Source: Vicugna vicugna (Eukaryota). From it: a stretch of 64,000 nucleotides of DNA. The notes under the pieces were generated by a model. It was given only the letters and a program-made list of their open reading frames with translations. It made no database searches and was not told where the DNA came from. Made by a program: the position numbers and the translations under genes. Positions 35,291 through 49,638 of the stretch are shown one piece after another (position 1 is the stretch's first letter; every line of letters starts with the position of its first letter). The DNA lies in the NCBI GenBank assembly GCA_013265495.1, contig MU058153.1, positions 560,001-624,000 of the forward strand, written 5' to 3'.

Positions 35291-36959
35291 TTTGGATTAA
35301 TGCCCCTAAGAGAAAACTGCTCTAGCCCACTGCTTCCTTATCTCAATTAACATTCTTTTTTACAGATTCTCTTTTTACAAATTTATAAAAGTTTAACAAA
35401 ACTATACAAGTTCAATCTAGGGGCTTAAATATCAAGTCCCTTAACCAAAATTAGTGCAGATTTGACTAGAACCCAAAACCAGCTTTCAGTGGAGATCTTC
35501 TTATTCATGGAGATTAATCTTGGAGATTCAGAGTAAGTCTTATGCCCCATATATTCTCTTCTGAATCATTTACCCTATTTGTGCAAAAATGGCACAAAAA
35601 GAAACAGTATATAGGATCTAATTTGCGAATTCCTCTAATCTCGTGATTTGATCAAGAATAGGGCCATTTCTTTATGTAAAAGTAAAAATTTACAAAAATC
35701 TGAATCCCTGTTTTGTCTCTAATATATCTTCTGTGTAGAGTTGGGGAAGCCAATCAGTCTTTTTGTCCTCAGCTTTCCCTTTCTGTAAAAAAAAAAAAAA
35801 AGATGAGCAAAAAAATTATTCCATGGGATTATTATGATAATTAAATAGAATAATATAGCCCACAGAAGATGTTAGTTACATTTAAATTACCTTTCCCTTT
35901 TAAACGTTACCAAGTATTTAGGGAATGTTTCATGAGGTTCTGGAGCGATTCTATTATATACCTGGTTTTCCATCAGAATTTTTTTTATCCTAACCTTCAG
36001 GCTGTTTCTCAGTCAAACCCATTTGTTTGAACTTCACTGAGATTGGAGTCCAGCAGGTTACCTTTTGGGGACTATTAATAAATAGGAAATGCCCTGCGTC
36101 ATTAGATGCCCTCTGAAGCTGTCTGTGAAATTCTGAGTTATATATTTTGTAGTCTGAACGAAGTTTCTGTAGGGAAGAGAGCTGAGTGTACTCTGGCAAA
36201 AATGGCCATCACTCCAGGTGCAAAGTGCACTTGTGTCACTCAAACCGTTAGGAACATTTGTTGTTTGAACAATAACTTGCATGTGGCCTTTATATTTGCT
36301 ATGGCAGAAGGATGGAGAGAGAATGCTTGAATAAGAGTCTGGGGCATGGCAGTATTTTATAATCTCAACTCCTCATCTCTCTGATATTGAATTAGCCAAA
36401 AGGAGCTGAAAAAAGGATTTTTGTTAGATGGAGGAAACTGCTTTTTACTGTTTAGTTTCTAGCTTCTGAAAGATTCTGGCACATTGATGCAAGAAATTGC
36501 AAAACAATCTTTGCATTTCATTTGGCCTCTTTTCTGGTACAGTCGTGGGCAATTTTTATTGAATCGTGTGAGATGGCTGTCTTCAGGGATATAGCTGGTA
36601 TATACAGTACTTGTCCCAAAGGGAAGGAATTTATTAAACGATGATCTATGCTTTCCTGTGAATTCTTATAATCTCATGATTTATTCAAGAATACGACTAT
36701 GTCTTCATGTAGAATCTTGGTAAGAGTAAAGACTTATAAAAGCCCAAGTGAGAATCCATCTTCTGCATCTAATATTTTATCTCTGTAGGACTGAGCAAGA
36801 TCAATGAAATAGAGACTAATGAAGTGATTTCTATTCGCTTCCTTTGTTTGATAACTTTGTGAATCAAATATTTACATAAAGTAGATAGATATCTTTGCCG
36901 TTTCAAACACTATGCCTCAGTTTAAACATCCTAATCTACCAGAATTTTAATGCCAGCCA

Positions 36960-37165
36960 GAATGTATCAATATTTGCGATGTGTCACACACTCATTTAAT
37001 TGTATATTATTTGCTCTTATTCTAGTAACAAGCTTTGGAGAGGGTATTGTTGTCTAAATTTTACAGATAAAGAATCTGAGTCTAAGAAATTTGATATTAA
37101 GCAATGTGCCTGAGGTCATTAGCTAGTTTTTAAAGGAGCTAGAATTCAAATCCAGGTCCAGATTT
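36960..37165 (-). mobile_element. MIR SINE
   Basis: attttacagataaagaatctgag...tgcctgaggtca...gaattcaaatccagg. Confidence 0.65.
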
Positions 37166-38529
37166 TTTATACAAACTTTACTTGTTTGTTTTACCTATTT
37201 TGGATTCAAGTGTTAGTACACGCCAAGCACTTACATGGTACTCAGTTCAGTTTTATTTGCCCTTGAAGATTTAATTTTCATTTTGTATGAGACTTACTAC
37301 TGAGAGTCTACATTCTTCTTTCCACACTACATATACTCATATTCTTTCTCTTTTTTGTGTCTCAAGTTTCCTTTCTTCGTTCTGTATCTCTGAGCCTCTA
37401 TATAGTGTGGCCATTGCATTGTATTATTTTAAAGATTCAACAGAATGTGATGTTTGTCAAAGGCCCACCATGGGGCCCACCATAAAGGCTGTGGTCAGTA
37501 AATGCTGGAAACCTCCTGTCTGTCTTTGAGTTGGGGCCAGGATCTTCTTGGGCAGCCCTACAGCTCTGAATATTTGGACCAGCCATAGCAAGGAAAGGAG
37601 ACATGAGATGGGCTGCGTAGAGTAAGTCCCACCTCCCTTAAATAAACAGGGCCTTCACATTTCTCTGCACCATTAGTGATCCTATTCAGTCTTCTGATAT
37701 CTGCACATTAGGAAGAGCGAATGAAAACTAAAGGATAGAAGACCAGTGTGGAAATTCTCAACAGTGCCAAACACTCACACTTCCTTGTTAATCCATTGGC
37801 AAAAAAACTTGTTTCTTTCTACTATATTTAGTATTCTGGTCATAGCTGCCAGCCCCTATTTTTTTTTCCACTGAATGTCCTTGAGGAGAGTGAGTATCGG
37901 GGAAAAGATTTTGCATACATACTTATTTGGAATAATTTGTGTCCTTAAAACCTGAACAAGAAAATAATATTTCTCTTTAGTAAATTGGTACATATTTTGA
38001 TTATCACCTTGTTAAAAAAAAACAAAGGCTGCAATTCACAATAAAGAATCTTTCAGAGTAAATCTTTTAAACTGATTAATTTTCCTCCTTCCAATTCATT
38101 CTGAGTTTTGTGCTCCGGATTTGTTACAGGAAAGGCTACATCTAAACTTATTTTACAGTCATGTTTGCATGAGGTACGAGGGCTCGGTGGCAAAGCCTGT
38201 GGGATGCCAGATAGGAAAATATAGCCTCTTGGGTATAAGGAATAGATGAAATTCACTCCATAAATAAATGGATCTAAATTTCTTCTTGGTGTCCCTGGCC
38301 ATTCATTTCAACTGCTAGAATATCTACAGTAAACTAGACACCGTGTGGGGTTGCATCTCTGAACATCGTGCTCCCACTCTTCTAGGGGTCACGATTTTGT
38401 GATTGAGACGTTCCCATGCAACATAAAATAAAACACGGTGCCAAAAAGAAGCTTGGAGAAGGGAAACAGAGCTCAACGGGAGAACAGAAGAGAGATTTTA
38501 ATGCACTGGGGGAAGCTCCGTTCCCTTAT

Positions 38530-39560
38530 GTATTCCTTCATCCGTTAAACAGTCAAGCACTTCATGAAGGTATATTATGAATCAGACACTATTGTAAGCA
38601 CAGGTTATGGGGATAAAGTGAGGACCACACAATAGACACCCAGTATGTGCTTGCTGAATGCATGAGTGTATAAATAAACAAGTAAGCACAAAATCTCTGC
38701 CCTTACCAATCTTACATCTATTGGGGGAATCACACAATAAATAAGAATAAATATATAAAACAATTTCAGACAGTGGTAAATGATGAAGAGGAATAAAACT
38801 TATTAAGAAACTGGAGAATTAAGATGGTGGGGTGGTATCTTAACAGAGTTTTACAGGGTCTTTAGCTTTCAGCCTGGACTTGAAAGTTAGGTAAAATTTT
38901 GGCAGATAGAAAAGAAGGCTGGATTTCTCTCTCCTGACCACTACTCATATACCCTCTGCACTTTTGCTGCTCTGAGATTTTTGCTTTATGGGTGTGCCTT
39001 TAGCAGTGAAAGAGAGTCCATTAGGGTGGAGACCATGTCTGATGTATCTTTACAGCCCAAGCACAGTGCTTAACATGGCTTAACTTCTAATAAATGTTTA
39101 TGGAATGAATCAGTTCATATGGAGGTACTAGGATAAAATAAACGGAGCTACTGAGATGGTTGACGGTGTAGCTGGAGATTTTAAGTAGATTGATGTGACT
39201 GGTCTGTAAGTGTTTGGAGGTAATAACTGGGTGGTTGATTATACTGTGTTGAAGATAGGTTAGGTTGGGTCCAGAGAAAAGGCAGCTTGAAACTTAGGCT
39301 GAAGAGTTTGAATTTGGAGATTCACTGAGTAACGTCCTTGAAGGAAGAAATTTCTAGTTCCAGGATTGGATTCAATGAGTACCAGAGCATCTAACACGTG
39401 TTACGCACTGACAAATCCAGTGCTCAATTAATCAGTCACCAATTTTATAAGATTTGCTGATTGTTTGAAAATGGGGAGTAGAGGAGAAGCAAAAGTCTAA
39501 TATAGCTCAAAATTCCAACTGGGAAGAAATGAAAGAGTGATAAAGCGTGAACTGGGATAG
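38530..39560. mobile_element. Cluster of L2 remnants in both orientations
   Basis: Several L2 3' ends (aataaatgtttatggaatgaat; gtgcttgctgaatgcatga). Confidence 0.55.
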
Positions 39561-40911
39561 AGAACACAACTCCAAATGTTGTCAGAGAAGACGTTATAAA
39601 ATCCCTCTGACCTTAGAAGTTCAAAGTTCTAAGCCTCTAGGCAAAACCAGCAAAGTACCAAAGTTGTGACACAGAGGGATTTGTGCTCTGCAAATGGACA
39701 GGTGAAGTGCTGGGAGCCTGAAGCGCTGATCAGGGTTCCTGGAGGCCTCCTTTCCATTCTCACCCCCACCCCTGTAATGTAACCTCCAGGTTGCCCCTCT
39801 AGGCTCTGTGTCTTTACTCCTTATAGGATTTACTAATAAAACTTGAAGGGGGGAATTTCAGATGAGGGGAAGGAGAGGAGGGTTAAAGGTGAAGTGTTCT
39901 ACAAAACCACCCTCGGGGAGAATTACAGTTGAACTATAAAAGTGTGGGTGTCCAAATAACAATAATGAACTGTTTTTCCAGAAATACTGTTCCCTCTTGC
40001 TTATTTTCATAGATTGACAAATGAAACCAACATGCCTAATTGGCATTTGCTTCCAACTGCATGATGCCAACCAAAGAAAAGCAGATTAGTGTTGATCTGT
40101 AAAAACAAATTAGGCTTCAGAATACAACACATAAGTAGCTGCCTTTTATTTCTCCTTCTGCAAGGAGTGGTTTTAATTTGCCTGTGAAAGCATTGTGGAC
40201 TAAAAGGCCTTTTAGCTCACTTGCTTCAGTGCCACTAATAGACAGGGTAAAGCTGTTAAAAACAGCCAGCTAGTACACAGATATTTAAAGAGAAGGGGGC
40301 CTTTTGAACATTTCCACCATCCTGAGTTATACTTAGAATATCTATTATTGCTAGTCAAGTCCTCCAGCGTTAATTTCTTAAATGGGTGTCAAGTATTGAA
40401 ACTTGAGCTAGAGGAAATTTACCTGAATAAATAATTTTTAGGATACGGAAACACACAGAGCAGAATGCCCATGTCATTCTTAAAGCCTTATTATTAATCT
40501 TTTCATGATTTTGCTGATGTTCTAATTCATTCTAGAATAAAGCAATGTAAGAATCTTCTATATGTCTAAGGGAGGAAAATTTCTAGGCCTCTTAAGTATT
40601 CTGGTCAAAAATGTATTTTGACCAATACTTTAAGAAGCAGTAGAAGTCATACTGAGAATTGTCCCTTACAAAGTATTTAGAAAAACATTCATTTTCTTTC
40701 ACTATGAAGAAATGTTCTCGTTTGCTTAGCTTGGCCTTTTTCCTCTCAAAACGATGTATGTTAATTTGCAATTCTGAGTAATGGTTTGTTCTTTCAAGTA
40801 TGATTTCCCCTTCACAGAGTGAGACATCGACATTGTTTCATTAAGCAAACCTGAGTTTACCTTCATTTTTCTTTCTCCTGAATTCAGAAATGTTTACAAG
40901 AGAGGAAAAGG

Positions 40912-40933
40912 AAAAAAAAAAAAAAAAAAAAAA
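40912..40933. repeat. Poly(A) tract
   Basis: 22 consecutive A. Confidence 0.95.
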
Positions 40934-42097
40934 CCCTCTTGCTTTGTAGAAATCAGAGTTTCCTAAATTGTCCTTGTGGAAATAGCGCTGCAATTCTCAG
41001 GGCTCACTCTGAAGTTCATTTTCCTCCTTCTCTTCATTGTCACCTTGCTGTCCCATCACAGGCTCACCTTCCCCACACCCAAGATAAAAGAAATGCAGTG
41101 ACTTTACACGTATGAAATAAGAAAACGTTTCCCCCCAATTTTATTTCTACGTTATATTTAAACAAAAGAGAATCTTAGAATTTTGTTGGCTGGAATTCAT
41201 CCAAAAAAGGGAGCAAACTTTATGAATACTCTTTATGACTTATAATGATACATTACTGTTCTAATTTATTTCTAGAGTAAGGCAATCCAGGCCCCTAAGG
41301 CTGAGTGTACTATAGAATTAAGAATAATTCTGTTTATGACTGTGCCAGTGAACCAACACTCCGCCCCCACGACCTGTCGGTGGGAGTTGACTGGCTGATC
41401 TAAGGAGGCTGAGACTGGATTCACCCATGTTTCATAGACACCGTGATTTATTTCCTACAGTTTATAGGCAATGCTGTGAGGCTCACAGGAGGAACTCTGA
41501 GTCACTTAACTGCTAAGAAGCAGAGTTGGGACTTTGCATTTGCACTGTCTTATCTATTAGAACAATCTCTGGTTGGGTTTGACAAAATACGTTGCGGGTC
41601 ATATGCCACAAGGCGCAGACCCCGAGTAGCTAACAGAACTCTGGATGAAAAAATGAACCATCAGGCATTCTGGGAGAGTTGACAAAGGTTAGAAGTGTTA
41701 TTTTGAAAAGGAAGGCTAATGTTAATCCTTGTGGGATGAAATAACCAATGAAATGATTTCTGATAGAATTTTACTAGAAGTGCCATACATTTTTGTAAAG
41801 GGAAATGTCATAAACAAAGAATTCAGTATATTGTGTTCTGAATTATAAACACACTCCAAACTCTACTGAGGGATGAGGCTCTTGGGAATTTCTGTGCTTG
41901 TGGCAGTTTCCTTTCTTGTACAATGTGTTGGCTTGATCAGTTGATAAATCACACAACTTGGAGAGTTAGAGAAGCAAAGGTAACCAGCCTAGAGCCTTAA
42001 CACATTACACATTGCAGATTTGGTTTTGTGATAATGGTAGCTGGGCGTTTATGAAAAGAGTGATTGCCGAAAAGAACTCCATGCTAAAGTACTATAT

Positions 42098-42099
42098 AA

Positions 42100-42133
<34 letters not shown>

Positions 42134-42143
42134 ATACATATAT
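42098..42143. repeat. Compound (TA)n(TG)n microsatellite
   Basis: Direct reading. Confidence 0.9.
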
Positions 42144-42169
42144 AAAATTCAAATTTACAGTACTTATAA

Positions 42170-42535
42170 ATTATCTATGCAGGTCCTCTGCCTATTTAAA
42201 AAATTTTTTGAGTTACATGAGTTTTTATATTTTGGATATTAACCCTTTGTCAGATAAATCATGGCAAGTATCTTCTCCCATGCAGTAGCTTGCCTTTTCA
42301 TTTTGTTGATAGTTTCCTTTGCTGTGCAAAATCTATTTAGTTTGATGTAGTCCCATTTGTTTATTTTTGCTTTTGTTGCCCTTGCCTCAGGAGAGTATCC
42401 CAAGAAATATTGCTAAGACCAGTGTCAAAGAGCGTGCTGCCTATGTTTTCTTCCAATGAGTTTTATGGTTTCAGGTCTTAGAGTTAAGTCTTTAATCCAT
42501 TTTGAGTTTATTTTTGTATATGGTGTGAGAAAGTT
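42170..42535 (-). mobile_element. LINE-1 ORF2 internal fragment
   Basis: Colinear with about 19440-19800 of the young L1. Confidence 0.9.
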
Positions 42536-42714
42536 GTTAATGTACTTTATTATTTAAGTTTGCCATACTTATAAATTGGCATTAACTCTAGTTCATGTTT
42601 AGTATAATATTCTGCACATTTGCTAATTACTGCTGAAATAACTATTCATCAGGATTAAAGAGGCAAATTGGAAAACCAACAACTTGAGTTCTAAATCTCA
42701 GTGTCTCATTTCAA

Positions 42715-43340
42715 ATCACTCATTCAGTTGAATAAGTATTTATTAAGTTCCAACTGTGTGCAAGGCACTGTTCTAAATCCTGGGGTTATGGCAGTGAACA
42801 AGACAGAATCTCTCCGTGGATTTTGCATTTCAGTGGGAGATAGTGAACAGCAAACTATTACAGGTAAATGCAAGAGGTGATACACTGAAAAAAAAAGAAG
42901 CAGAAATTGTCATGGGAATGGGGACAATTTTAGAAAGAGTGGTGGTCAGGGAAGGTCTCTCTTAGGAATTATTTTTAGTAGATAACTAAAGAGAGTGAAC
43001 AGCCCTGCTAGTACATATGGTATCCATGAGTAAGTTACCAAGATACCCCTTCCTTGTGGGAGCCGGTCCTACTCTGAAGTTGATTTCTCAGTGCCCCATG
43101 AGTGGGCTGGATTTTATACTGTGCCACTTCTTAGCCAAATGCCTTTGTGCAGTGCTCAAATCCTACAACTATGCATGGCGGCCTTGGAAGCAGAGAAGAG
43201 AAGCACGAGAAATCCCCAGGGGAAAGCTTATCAGGCAGACATCTGCAGTGAATGTCTAGAGTTGGGATTAAATTGTTCTATTTAAGAAATAGCAAGAAGT
43301 CTAGTAGTGTGCCTGGAGCAGAGTAATTGAAGAGAAGAGG
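42715..43340 (-). mobile_element. L2 LINE remnant
   Basis: cattcagttgaataagtatttattaagttccaactgtgtgcaaggcactgttcta...gaacaagacaga. Confidence 0.75.
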
Positions 43341-44199
43341 TAGGTTATTTAATCTCAGTGAACTTCAGGATAATCAGACTTAAAAGAGGAATTCTTGGAC
43401 TGATTTTCATTCGTCTTTACATGCATTAATTTAAAAATATTCATTACGTATATATATTATGTTTCTTTGTTTGTAAGTGGTAGAAGCCAAGACTGGCTTC
43501 ATTAATAAAATGCCTTTGAGTAGACTGAGACTTTAGAAAGAATATTATTTGCTCGCAGAATCAAGAAGAGGTTGAAGAATCAATTGTAAAGCAAATGAAA
43601 AGCAAGACAATGCTGGAGAAGTAGGGAAAAAGAACTACAAGAAGAAATGGTCTCGGAACAGAAATACTTTGTTCAGTTTTCAGGGCCTGAGTCTAAAGTA
43701 GATGAAACCCAATTATTTTCATATTTTGTTTGTTTTTTCCTTTATGCTCAGAATTTCAAGACAGTAATACTCAGTAGCTCCAGGTTGGATTCTGAGTTAC
43801 CCCTTCATCTGGTGCAGTGTCAAGCCCCTGTCTACAATCCCAACAGATTTTACCAAAGTGGGAGTCACTCTGTCACTAGGGAGAAGAATGGATGCTGGCT
43901 ACCCAAGTGTCAGAAATATTTAAAATAATATGCCAAACAAAACATGAGGCATATAAGGTACACACATGCATGTCTATCAGCCTTGCCCATGAAATGTCAG
44001 TTCAGTCTTCTGTCACTATAAAGAGAAAGCCCCACACACCCGGAACTCACGCTAACAGTGGGATTTTCCCCTTTGAGAACTTCAGGCGGACATCATGAGG
44101 GAATAGGCAAAATGAAGTATGCTTTGTTACTAATACTGACTTGAAAAAGAAATTGCAAGGAATGAGGATTCCGGGAGACTGGAACCAGAGCAGTAAAAT

Positions 44200-44600
44200 C
44201 AATATAAAGAAAAAGAAGACATATTTGAAAAAAGAAATCACAATCTGAGGACTGATTGAAAGTGAACAATAAGATAAAAGAAGAGGAGGAGGAGAAGTTT
44301 GGGTCATGGTTACATTTTGCAGTTGGGTGACTGGATGACATTAACCAAAACTGGTACTAAGGGAGGCAACATATTGCAGCAAGAAGAGAGAGTAAGCCTG
44401 GCCCTCCTGGACATGTTAAATTTGACGTGCATCTGGGTTTCCACAGGGATATGCCGATTGATAGCTAGAATTTTGGTCTGAAGCTCAGGAGGCATCTTAG
44501 CTGAGGATACAGATTTGAGATTCTTCAGAGTATGAATAAAATGGAAGGAAATACAGCTGTTAAGGGAGAGGGCAGAGGAAGATGCAGGGCCAGATAGAGG
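44200..44600 (-). mobile_element. L2 LINE remnant
   Basis: ggacatgttaaatttgac...ggtctgaagctcaggag...gatacagatttgaga. Confidence 0.6.
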
Positions 44601-44794
44601 GAACAGCAAATATAATTTAGAAAGTTAGCATGTTATTTTCTATCGTGAGTTACCAGTGTGCAGTCTTGAAGAAAGTACTTCCTGAAACACCCAGAAGTTA
44701 AACAGGCCAATGATATTTCCACAATAAAGAGACAAATGTTTGTTTTTGACATGCATGAAACACATACTATTCATCAGGCGGATAAGATGGGGCG

Positions 44795-44990
44795 TAGTAT
44801 CCAAAGCATTTTCAGAATTAGATACAAACCTCCATTAATTTCTTCCTTACACATTTTTATTTGGATAAACCACTTGAAACTTATGGGACTCAGTTTTCCC
44901 AACCTCAAATTGGGGATAAAATATACAACTCTCAAAATAGTTCAGAAGATAATGTGAGAAAGATTCATGAAATGAAGGCCCAGCTTGAGT
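44795..44990 (+). mobile_element. MIR SINE
   Basis: ctcagttttcccaacctcaaattggggataa core. Confidence 0.55.
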
Positions 44991-45316
44991 GTGAGAAGTA
45001 TTTGGAAATGTCTGACATTTGACAACCAGGGAAAGGGGACCATGCCAGGGACCTGTTTATGTCGTGGCTGAGAGATCGCTTGGGATAAAAACCAAGTGGG
45101 AGGGTCTGCTGGGGGTTAGGAGTTGCTGGGAGCAGGGCTGAGATGGCGGTGTGCCTGAGAGCCAGGAGCCACCCCTAGGAGAGAACTAACTCAAGCCGCC
45201 TGACAGGACAGGAAAGATGAGAGGGACTCAGTGAAGAGCTGCTGTCAACAGAGGGAATTGCTGGGCTGGATGTAGTGTGGTGGCTTGCGTTTATTATTAT
45301 TTAACCCACTCTTGGT

Positions 45317-45343
45317 ACACACACACACACACACACACACACA
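45317..45343. repeat. (CA)n microsatellite
   Basis: About 13 CA units. Confidence 0.95.
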
Positions 45344-48300
45344 AATTGAAAAGAGCTATGCTACTAATGTTTCAGACAGTGAGGCCCAGCGAGCACCACG
45401 GTGGAACAAATCTCAAAGGAACGAGAGGGAAGGGAAAGACTTCCCCCCTGCAGACAGGGACAGAGCTGATTCTTGCTGTTCCTGCAAGGAAAGGGGCTAC
45501 CTCCGTGCCTGCCTGCGGGGATCGGAACACCCAGAGGGCAGGAAGGAAGGGAACTGAAGGACCCAGGCAGGCTGGGAGGTCGTGGCACGATGCGCAGCAG
45601 CAGCAGTGGGACCAGCAGGAATCGGTTTGCTTCTGGTCACAGAGGAGACATCTCTGGGCCCCCCAGAAACACACACTCAGAGCCACCTGTCAGAGGCCGG
45701 GACAGGAGACCCACAGGGGGTGAAATGAGAAAGATCGGATCTTATGAATACTAATACTCCTGCTGAATGAAATTTTACAAACATACAGCGCTTAGCTCAG
45801 GCCCTGACAGACAGTAGGTAATTTGGAGTAGAAGCCGATTTAGTCTGACAGATCCACTTTCTCTATACTGGGGAGATTTATCTGTACATCTGGGTTTTTG
45901 CCAAACTTAATTCCTAATTAGAAGAACAACAAATTGTAAGGGAGAAAAACAAACAAAAAAATCACATTTTGATTGTGACACTGATGTATCAAAGGGTGGT
46001 AGGAAGTGTTTATTGGTTCGCAGGGCTGTGGCAGTCTCATCAGGACGCCTCTGGCTACTCCTCCAAGGTTCAGGCTACTACACTCTGAGAGACTGTGGCA
46101 CACCGACTACATTGTAATTGAAAAATCAAGGGAGATTAGCCTTAACTTTTCTTAATTAAAACAATAATTATGATACCCCGACCGTGAAGAAGTCAGGTCG
46201 CCTTCTCCCCAGAATGTGTTAACATAGAAAGAGAGAGCGTGGGGTTTAATGAGGTCTACTGCATTTGACCGAATTAAATCCTCAGTCTCCAGGATCTCAG
46301 CCTAAACGTGGCCTCTGAAGCTCATAAATAGTTCCTGGGATCTGCTCATTGACAAGGCCACTGGAGGAAATGGGTTTCTTGCCCTCACTGCATACTGTGA
46401 TTGACAGCATAATCTGTACGAATGTTGTGATGTCAGGAATGCCATGATATAAGTGAGATTTCTATATTACCTTCCAGACTTCTCTTAATTGTGATAGAAT
46501 ACCAGGAGTTGCAGTTATCAAGATGCAAAAGTGTGCAGAATGGAATTAGCTCTTTTACCTAATACTTAGAATAGGAATTTATTAATCAGAGTGCACTGCA
46601 GTTTGGAAGGGTTAGTATTGTTTTGTGAAACTTGTGAAATTTATATTTCAGGTATATGTGTACGTGTGTGTGTCTGTGTTGTGTGAGTGCACATGTGTAT
46701 ACACACGTTAGGTTACAGTGTAAAATCTATATTTTACTGTGTATCATAGCCAAAAAAATAATTGAAGAACACTGCTGCATCTGACCTGTGTCACTTGTGT
46801 ATAAAGCTTTTCAAAAATCTAAGTAAAATCATGGAACTTCTTCTGAGACAATGCACATATTCAAAAATTTGCATATGATCTCATTTAGTGTGAGATTATT
46901 CCCTGTGTATGAAAAAGGTTGAGGAGGTAATGAAATATCTCTGATACATACATGCATACATACATACCAAAACAAAGGACAGGAATCCCATAAGTGAAAT
47001 ACAACTTGAGAGGATAACTGAACCACCCCTATATTATGGGAGAGCAAATTAATGACTGTACAATGGCTAGAACATAACAATTTTTAATAAATACTATACA
47101 TTAAATGAAATCTTCAACCTACTTATTTTAGACATAAATCAAAATTCCTTTGCAACTTCTAGTGAAGTTGGCCGTAATCATAGCAAAAACTATAATCTAA
47201 CACAAGTGCGTTTACAGTGAGTAGGAAAGAGAATATTGCTTCTGTAGAGAATCTATTTACAAAAATAACTGTATATATGTTTTGTGTGAAGCACAATGTT
47301 TTGCCTTCCTCCATTTCATCCCTCACTTTTACCCATTATTTTAAAAAAGAGAATGTAAAACACTCTTCTTAGGCAAAAGTGATTTCTTTTGAGGAATGTT
47401 TGGACATGGTATACATGATGTTTTTAAATCTTTTAACCAGGCATGGCACAATCTTGGCTTTACTTATGTAACATACTGTGTTATGGTTTTGGTATGGTTT
47501 TCATTGAAAACTAACTTAAGACATCACCATTAAGAGAATTCCACCTGAGTCGAAAATTATCTTGGCAAAGTGTTTCAAATTATGTACTGCGCGTGTGTTT
47601 GAATAGAAAAATCAAACTTCTGAATTAAATTTATACTATGGGTGTAAAATTCCAAGATAGAACTAAAATACCTCTATAAGGAAAAAACACACAGCAAAAT
47701 GAATGGAAGATTCAAGAATAGGTGGATTGATAGGCATAAAAAATTGCTTTCCTTCTGAATGTGTTCTTCAAACTTCGTTTTTTATTTTTCCCATGCCCCT
47801 GACTACACTGATGAAATATCTGTTCGCTGAGTCTCTTCACCCCGTCAACATTTGGCTTTATGACAACTTTGGGTCTTGGAGCAGAACGCCAGTCCTTATT
47901 GTCTGGAAGACATTTTAGAAGGCACTAACTTTTATTGAGTCTGTGTGGTGCTGTTGTAAGAGCTTTACAGATAGCATGTCGTTTAATCCTTACAGAAATT
48001 CTCCAAAGTATTATTATCCTCCTGATGCTCATGTCTCTAAAAATTGTTTTACTGTGGTTTCAACTCACCTTCCTCCTAAAATGGTATTTCTAACATTAGC
48101 ATGAAGATATCTTCCCTGGGGGTGTTGAAATTTGAAGGTGGAAACTTGGGGTCTGCATTTTAAACAAACTCTCCAGGTAATTCTGGTAAAGGTGGTCCAC
48201 AGACCAGTTAAAAAACCCTTTATTTTAATATTTATAGGTACCTCTTAAGTACTTTTGCTGTCTATCAAAATGATGCCTGTGTTTGATTTTTTTTAACATT

Positions 48301-49317
48301 GTGGATGGTTCGGAGCTTTGATTAAAATGAAGTGCTCCCCTTACATAAAATATAATTTAAAAATAGAATATCTGCCTTGAAGTTTGCCTTTAAATATGAA
48401 CGAGGCTCCAAAAGTTTTATTTTTATCCGCTCTTCAGAAAGCCAAACTTCCTTTGACATCTTTACTTTTCCTTTGAGTCACTCGCCAGGTTCTAGCTCCA
48501 GTAATCCCCCCAGACTTAGCATGCTTCCCTCCTGCCAATGTCGGCAGGGCTGTAAGGGAATCTCATTGATTTCTTACAGTTTCAGTTAGCTCTGTTGCTG
48601 GCAGCCTGCATAGCGACTGGATGAATAATATTCAACAAATCCATTTTCCTTGAGTGGATATTGTAACATATTTCAAATTTGGAAGAGATGAACTGGCATT
48701 CCCAGAAAAAGTGCACTTTTCCCTTCACTTAGTGTTGATGGCAATGCCCAAAGGCATGTGCCGTGTGGCACCGCCTTTATCTCATTTCCCCCTTTTGCTT
48801 AACTTTTCTGTATTCTTTAGATCAAAAAACTAGTAGAGATTCATTTTATCCCATGATGTTTTCTTGGAAAAGGCTGGAGAACAGAAGACTGCCAAGCTTT
48901 ATAGTTTGTAGCTTTCTCGGCCAGGTGACTACGAGGAATACGCGACGTGACTTTCGTCCACAATGACACAGTCTTGGGCTGGGTGGATAGAAAGGTGGTG
49001 CTCAGATCACAGGAAGAAATGGCCCCAAGAAAATCAGAGATGACGTAGTTGTTTTTGAATAGAAGGGTTTTCCACTCTGGGAGTTATTAAGGTGGTGTTT
49101 TATTGCAGCATAACCTGACGTATACTGAGACTCATGTTTTATTTCATTATTTTCCTTCTCTTTTGCCTTTCAGGTTTTCTGATAGGACAGTACTTGTGTT
49201 CAAATCATCTTTGAAGTTAGGCAGGGCTCTGTGACTTGCCTGGGCTAATGCATTTGAGCAAAAAATTCATGTGGGTGTGGGGCATATTTTTTCCTGTCAT
49301 TACCAAGGAGGAAACTA

Positions 49318-49638
49318 TTTATTCAACTGTAGTTGATTTGCAATATTGTGTTAGTTTCAGGCATACAGCTTCAAATTCTTTTCCATCATAGGTCATTACA
49401 GGAGTTTGTTTTTGTGTATGGTGTGAGGGAGTGTTCTAACTGCTTAATTCACATGTGGCTGTCCAACTTCCCCAACATCACTTGCTGAAGAGACTGTCTT
49501 TTCTTCATTGTATATTCCTGTCTCCTTTGTTAAATTGTGTGGGTTTATTTCTGGGTTCCCTATTCTGTTCCGTTGATCCATATGTCTGTTTTTGTGCCAA
49601 TACCGTGCTGTTTTAATTACTGTAGCATTGTAGTATTG
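49318..49638 (-). mobile_element. LINE-1 fragment with internal deletion
   Basis: 3' UTR end (about 49318-49401) joined directly to ORF2 sequence matching about 19774-20028 of the young L1. Confidence 0.85.

Noticed and set aside
45277..45754. Overlapping ORFs up to 148 aa in a GC-richer patch
   Set aside because: They run through a CA microsatellite and lack splice or domain support; the patch may be an old LTR remnant that I cannot name.
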